NCBI GenBank assembly: GCA_964057225.1
Contig: OZ059894.1
Span: forward strand, 18,600,001 to 18,664,000
DNA: 64,000 nt
Direction of reading: 5' to 3'
Origin: Auanema rhodensis
Lineage: Eukaryota > Animalia > Nematoda
Part shown: positions 57,201-64,000 of the stretch, piece after piece
How the letters are laid out: each line of letters starts with the position of its first letter
Numbering within the stretch: the stretch's first letter is position 1
The notes under the pieces: generated by a model
Told to the model about the DNA's origin: nothing
Seen by the model: only the letters and a program-made list of their open reading frames with translations
Database searches by the model: none
Position numbers and translations under genes: made by a program

Positions 57201-59038
57201 AGACGATGGACAATGTTATTCAACGAAAAAAATAATTCTTCAGGGTGAAAATCGAGGATATAAGTGTGAACTTATATCAGTTGATATCTCGGTGCATTTT
57301 TAAGCTAGCGCAAATCGGATAACACAGATCGACGCAGCTTAAAAATGCGCATCGAATGCACTATACTACATTGAGAAACGCTTAATACAAAAATTAGTTA
57401 TGATCGTTTGAAAAATGATGCATTAGTGTATGTTGTGTTTCCATGTACACTCAACATTGCTTCCAAAAACATTTTGACAAAAATTTTTTCGAAAAATTTC
57501 AAAATAATTTAGCAAAAAGTAGATGTTTTTAGATTCCTTTTTTTAAGGCAAAGACGATGGACAATGTTATTCAACGAAAAAATTAATTCTTCAGGGTGAA
57601 AATCGAGGATATAAGTGTGAACTTATATCAGTTGATATCTCGGTGCATTTTTAAGCTAGCGCAAATCTGATAACACAGATCGACGCAGCTTAAAAATTCG
57701 CATCGAATGCACTATACTACATTGAGAAACGCTTAATACAAAAATTAGTTATGATCGTTTGAAAAATGATGCATTAGTGTATGTTGAGTTTCCATGTACA
57801 CTCAACATTGCTTCCAAAAACATTTTGACAAAAATTTTTTCGAAAAATTTCAAAATAATTTAGCAAAAAGTAGATGTTTTTAGATTCCTTTTTTCAAGGC
57901 AAAGACGATGGACAATGTTATTCAACGAAAAAATTAATTCTTCAGGGTGAAAATCGAGGATATAAGTGTGAACTTATATCAGTTGATATCTCGGTGCATT
58001 TTTAAGCTAGCGCAAATCTGATAACACAGATCGACGCAGCTTAAAAATTCGCATCGAATGCACTATACTACATTGAGAAACGCTTAATACAAAAATTAGT
58101 TATGATCGTTTGAAAAATGATGCATTAGTGTATGTTGAGTTTCCATGTACACTCAACATTGCTTCCAAAAACATTTTGACAAAAATTTTTTCGAAAAATT
58201 TCAAAATAATTTAGCAAAAAGTAGATGTTTTTAGATTCCTTTTTTTAAGGCAAAGACGATGGACAATGTTATTCAACGAAAAAAATAATTCTTCAGGGTG
58301 AAAATCGAGGATATAAGTGTGAACTTATATCAGTTGATATCTCGGTGCATTTTTAAGCTAGCGCAAATCTGATAACACAGATCGACGCAGCTTAAAAATT
58401 CGCATCGAATGCACTATACTACATTGAGAAACGCTTAATACAAAAATTAGTTATGATCGTTTGAAAAATGATGCATTAGTGTATGTTGTGTTTCCATGTA
58501 CACTCAACATTGCTTCCAAAAACATTTTGACAAAAATTTTTTCGAAAAATTTCAAAATAATTTAGCAAAACGTAGATGTTTTTAGATTCCTTTTTTTAAG
58601 GCAAAGACGATGGACAATGTTATTCAACGAAAAAATTAATTCTTCAGGGTGAAAATCGAGGATATAAGTGTGAACTTATATCAGTTGATATCTCGGTGCA
58701 TTTTTAAGCTAGCGCAAATCTGATAACACAGATCGACGCAGCTTAAAAATCCGCATCGAATGCACTATACTATATTGAGAAACGCTTAATACAAAAATTA
58801 GTTATGATCGTTTGAAAAATGATGCATTAGTGTATGTTGAGTTTCCATGTACACTCAACATTGCTTCCAAAAACATTTTGACAAAAATTTTTTCGAAAAA
58901 TTTCAAAATAATTTAGCAAAAAGTAGATGTTTTTAGATTCCTTTTTTCAAGGCAAAGACGATGGACAATGTTATTCAACGAAAAAATTAATTCTTCAGGG
59001 TGAAAATCGAGGATATAAGTGTGAACTTATATCAGTTG
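30257..59038. repeat. Domain C: highly homogeneous monomers marked by AAAAATTCGC; 2-, 3-, 6- and 8/9-mer HORs; interrupted by a domain-B-like island
   Basis: AAAAATTCGC first appears at ~30315 and is common afterwards except in 41490-46755. It co-occurs with TTTTAAGG, AAAAAAATAAT, GTTGTGTT and GGCGAAG. Confidence 0.8.
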
Positions 59039-62000
59039 ATATCTCGGTGCATTTTTAAGCTAGCGCAAATCTGATAACACAGATCGACGCAGCTTAAAAA
59101 TCCGCATCGAATGCACTATACTACATTGAGAAACGCTTAAAACAAAAATTAGTTATGATCGTTTGAAAAATGATGCATTAGTGTATGTTGAGTTTCCATG
59201 TACACTCAACATTGCTTCCAAAAACATTTTGACAAAAATTTTTTCGAAAAATTTCAAAATAATTTAGCAAAAAGTAGATGTTTTTAGATTCCTTTTTTCA
59301 AGGCAAAAACGATGGACAATGTTATTCAACGAAAAAATTAATTCTTCAGGGTGAAAATCGAGGATATAAGTGTGAACTTATATCAGTTGATATCTCGGTG
59401 CATTTTTAAGCTAGCGCAAATCTGATAACACAGATCGACGCAGCTTAAAAATTCGCATCGAATGCACTATACTACATTGAGAAACGCTTAATACAAAAAT
59501 TAGTTATGATCGTTTGAAAAATGATGCATTAGTGTATGTTGAGTTTCCATGTACACTCAACATTGCTTCCAAAAACATTTTGACAAAAATTTTTTCGAAA
59601 AATTTCAAAATAATTTAGCAAAAAGTAGATGTTTTTAGATTCCTTTTTTCAAGGCAAAGACGATGGACAATGTTATTCAACGAAAAAATTAATTCTTCAG
59701 GGTGAAAATCGAGGATAGAAGTGTGAACTTATATCAGTTGATATCTCGGTGCATTTTTAAGCTAGCGCAAATCTGATAACACAGATCGACGCAGCTTAAA
59801 AATCCGCATCGAATGCACTATACTACATTGAGAAACGCTTAAAACAAAAATTAGTTATGATCGTTTGAAAAATGATGCATTAGTGTATGTTGAGTTTCCA
59901 TGTACACTCAACATTGCTTCCAAAAACATTTTGACAAAAATTTTTTCGAAAAATTTCAAAATAATTTAGCAAAAAGTAGATGTTTTTAGATTCCTTTTTT
60001 CAAGGCAAAAACGATGGACAATGTTATTCAACGAAAAAAATAATTCTTCAGGGTGAAAATCGAGGATAGAAGTGTGAACTTATATCAGTTGATATCTCGG
60101 TGCATTTTTAAGCTAGCGCAAATCTATTAACACAGATCAACGCAGCTTAAAAATTCGCATCGAATGCACTATACTACATTGAGAAACGCTTAATACAAAA
60201 ATTAGTTATGATCGTTTGAAAAATGATGCATTAGTGTATGTTGAGTTTCCATGTACACTCAACATTGCTTCCAAAAACATTTTGACAAAAATTTTTTCGA
60301 AAAATTTCAAAATAATTTAGCAAAAAGTAGATGTTTTTAGATTCCTTTTTTCAAGGCAAAAACGATGGACAATGTTATTCAACGAAAAAAATAATTCTTC
60401 AGGGTGAAAATCGAGGATATAAGTGTGAACTTATATCAGTTGATATCTCGGTGCATTTTTAAGCTAGCGCAAATCTATTAACACAGATCAACGCAGCTTA
60501 AAAATTCGCATCGAATGCACTATACTACATTGAGAAACGCTTAATACAAAAATTAGTTATGATCGTTTGAAAAATGATGCATTAGTGTATGTTGAGTTTC
60601 CATGTACACTCAACATTGCTTCCAAAAACATTTTGACAAAAATTTTTTCGAAAAATTTCAAAATAATTTAGCAAAAAGTAGATGTTTTTAGATTCCTTTT
60701 TTCAAGGCAAAGACGATGGACAATGTTATTCAACGAAAAAATTAATTCTTCAGGGTGAAAATCGAGGATATAAGTGTGAACTTATATCAGTTGATATCTC
60801 GGTGCATTTTTAAGCTAGCGCAAATCTGATAACACAGATCGACGCAGCTTAAAAATCCGCATCGAATGCACTATACTACATTGAGAAACGCTTAAAACAA
60901 AAATTAGTTATGATCGTTTGAAAAATGATGCATTAGTGTATGTTGAGTTTCCATGTACACTCAACATTGCTTCCAAAAACATTTTGACAAAAATTTTTTC
61001 GAAAAATTTCAAAATAATTTAGCAAAAAGTAGATGTTTTTAGATTCCTTTTTTCAAGGCAAAAACGATGGACAATGTTATTCAACGAAAAAAATAATTCT
61101 TCAGGGTGAAAATCGAGGATATAAGTGTGAACTTATATCAGTTGATATCTCGGTGCATTTTTAAGCTAGCGCAAATCTGATAACACAGATCGACGCAGCT
61201 TAAAAATTCGCATCGAATGCACTATACTACATTGAGAAACGCTTAATACAAAAATTAGTTATGATCGTTTGAAAAATGATGCATTAGTGTATGTTGAGTT
61301 TCCATGTACACTCAACATTGCTTCCAAAAACATTTTGACAAAAATTTTTTCGAAAAATTTCAAAATAATTTAGCAAAAAGTAGATGTTTTTAGATTCCTT
61401 TTTTCAAGGCAAAAACGATGGACAATGTTATTCAACGAAAAAAATAATTCTTCAGGGTGAAAATCGAGGATAGAAGTGTGAACTTATATCAGTTGATATC
61501 TCGGTGCATTTTTAAGCTAGCGCAAATCTATTAACACAGATCAACGCAGCTTAAAAATTCGCATCGAATGCACTATACTACATTGAGAAACGCTTAATAC
61601 AAAAATTAGTTATGATCGTTTGAAAAATGATGCATTAGTGTATGTTGAGTTTCCATGTACACTCAACATTGCTTCCAAAAACATTTTGACAAAAATTTTT
61701 TCGAAAAATTTCAAAATAATTTAGCAAAAAGTAGATGTTTTTAGATTCCTTTTTTCAAGGCAAAAACGATGGACAATGTTATTCAACGAAAAAAATAATT
61801 CTTCAGGGTGAAAATCGAGGATATAAGTGTGAACTTATATCAGTTGATATCTCGGTGCATTTTTAAGCTAGCGCAAATCTATTAACACAGATCAACGCAG
61901 CTTAAAAATTCGCATCGAATGCACTATACTACATTGAGAAACGCTTAATACAAAAATTAGTTATGATCGTTTGAAAAATGATGCATTAGTGTATGTTGAG

Positions 62001-64000
62001 TTTCCATGTACACTCAACATTGCTTCCAAAAACATTTTGACAAAAATTTTTTCGAAAAATTTCAAAATAATTTAGCAAAAAGTAGATGTTTTTAGATTCC
62101 TTTTTTCAAGGCAAAGACGATGGACAATGTTATTCAACGAAAAAATTAATTCTTCAGGGTGAAAATCGAGGATAGAAGTGTGAACTTATATCAGTTGATA
62201 TCTCGGTGCATTTTTAAGCTAGCGCAAATCTGATAACACAGATCGACGCAGCTTAAAAATCCGCATCGAATGCACTATACTACATTGAGAAACGCTTAAA
62301 ACAAAAATTAGTTATGATCGTTTGAAAAATGATGCATTAGTGTATGTTGAGTTTCCATGTACACTCAACATTGCTTCCAAAAACATTTTGACAAAAATTT
62401 TTTCGAAAAATTTCAAAATAATTTAGCAAAAAGTAGATGTTTTTAGATTCCTTTTTTCAAGGCAAAAACGATGGACAATGTTATTCAACGAAAAAAATAA
62501 TTCTTCAGGGTGAAAATCGAGGATATAAGTGTGAACTTATATCAGTTGATATCTCGGTGCATTTTTAAGCTAGCGCAAATCTATTAACACAGATCAACGC
62601 AGCTTAAAAATCCGCATCGAATGCACTATACTACATTGAGAAACGCTTAAAACAAAAATTAGTTATGATCGTTTGAAAAATGATGCATTAGTGTATGTTG
62701 AGTTTCCATGTACACTCAACATTGCTTCCAAAAACATTTTGACAAAAATTTTTTCGAAAAATTTCAAAATAATTTAGCAAAAAGTAGATGTTTTTAGATT
62801 CCTTTTTTCAAGGCAAAAACGATGGACAATGTTATTCAACGAAAAAAATAATTCTTCAGGGTGAAAATCGAGGATATAAGTGTGAACTTATATCAGTTGA
62901 TATCTCGGTGCATTTTTAAGCTAGCGCAAATCTGATAACACAGATCGACGCAGCTTAAAAATTCGCATCGAATGCACTATACTACATTGAGAAACGCTTA
63001 ATACAAAAATTAGTTATGATCGTTTGAAAAATGATGCATTAGTGTATGTTGAGTTTCCATGTACACTCAACATTGCTTCCAAAAACATTTTGACAAAAAT
63101 TTTTTCGAAAAATTTCAAAATAATTTAGCAAAAAGTAGATGTTTTTAGATTCCTTTTTTCAAGGCAAAGACGATGGACAATGTTATTCAACGAAAAAATT
63201 AATTCTTCAGGGTGAAAATCGAGGATAGAAGTGTGAACTTATATCAGTTGATATCTCGGTGCATTTTTAAGCTAGCGCAAATCTATTAACACAGATCAAC
63301 GCAGCTTAAAAATCCGCATCGAATGCACTATACTACATTGAGAAACGCTTAAAACAAAAATTAGTTATGATCGTTTGAAAAATGATGCATTAGTGTATGT
63401 TGAGTTTCCATGTACACTCAACATTGCTTCCAAAAACATTTTGACAAAAATTTTTTCGAAAAATTTCAAAATAATTTAGCAAAAAGTAGATGTTTTTAGA
63501 TTCCTTTTTTCAAGGCAAAAACGATGGACAATGTTATTCAACGAAAAAAATAATTCTTCAGGGTGAAAATCGAGGATATAAGTGTGAACTTATATCAGTT
63601 GATATCTCGGTGCATTTTTAAGCTAGCGCAAATCTGATAACACAGATCGACGCAGCTTAAAAATTCGCATCGAATGCACTATACTACATTGAGAAACGCT
63701 TAATACAAAAATTAGTTATGATCGTTTGAAAAATGATGCATTAGTGTATGTTGAGTTTCCATGTACACTCAACATTGCTTCCAAAAACATTTTGACAAAA
63801 ATTTTTTCGAAAAATTTCAAAATAATTTAGCAAAAAGTAGATGTTTTTAGATTCCTTTTTTCAAGGCAAAGACGATGGACAATGTTATTCAACGAAAAAA
63901 TTAATTCTTCAGGGTGAAAATCGAGGATAGAAGTGTGAACTTATATCAGTTGATATCTCGGTGCATTTTTAAGCTAGCGCAAATCTGATAACACAGATCG
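59039..64000. repeat. Domain D: monomers marked by GGCAAAAACG and ATCTATTAAC
   Basis: GGCAAAAACG first seen at ~59302 and ATCTATTAAC at ~60122; neither was seen upstream. GATAGAAG becomes frequent again. Confidence 0.8.

Larger units (their letters stand above)
1..64000. repeat. Tandem satellite DNA array, 351-bp monomer, 182 full copies plus a partial copy; runs off both window edges
   Basis: ATATCTCGGTGC recurs at 1, 352, 681, 1009, 1428 ... 63953. From 12357 to 63952 there are 147 units in 51596 bp (147x351-1). This matches the six small indels seen: -1 in the units at 13059 and 13760, +1 at 29612, 31719 and 44707, and -2 at ~52801. There are 35 units before 12357. Confidence 0.99.

Noticed and set aside
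1-64000. CRISPR array, or rRNA/tRNA/snRNA tandem gene cluster
   Set aside because: There are no unique spacers because the entire unit is repeated. I recognise no 5S, tRNA, spliced-leader or snRNA motifs and no Pol III A/B boxes.
1-64000. Artefactual concatemer (rolling-circle or assembly artefact) of a single 351-bp sequence
   Set aside because: Linked variants are shared among many units and organised in domains and HORs, which fits an evolved genomic array rather than random errors. Exact copy numbers still need read validation.
1-64000. Transposon insertion or strand inversion hidden in the array
   Set aside because: Unit start positions and lengths account for all bases and every unit is in the same orientation; no foreign sequence was seen.

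Overview
The whole 64 kb window is one uninterrupted head-to-tail tandem array of an AT-rich (~31% GC by hand count of monomer 1) 351-bp satellite. It holds 182 complete monomers plus a 48-bp partial unit, all in the same orientation and differing by only a few positions per monomer. I see no genes, RNA genes, transposon insertions, inversions or CRISPR. The four 63-aa ORFs are artefacts of one TAG>TAT substitution in the repeat. The array looks like eukaryotic (peri)centromeric or heterochromatic satellite DNA, but I cannot name the family or species from sequence alone. I found no protein-coding system. The structure worth attention is: (i) the monomer is almost fully tiled by 5-6 inverted repeats; (ii) several variants have the signature of hairpin-driven mutation (a 26-bp deletion with a templated insert, a quasi-palindrome corrected to a perfect 16-bp palindrome, a nested 91-bp duplication); (iii) the array is layered into haplotype domains with a sharp boundary at ~12.36 kb, local 2-, 3-, 4-, 6- and 8/9-mer higher-order repeats, and copies of rare monomers 10-20 kb apart. 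All variant lists were read by eye.
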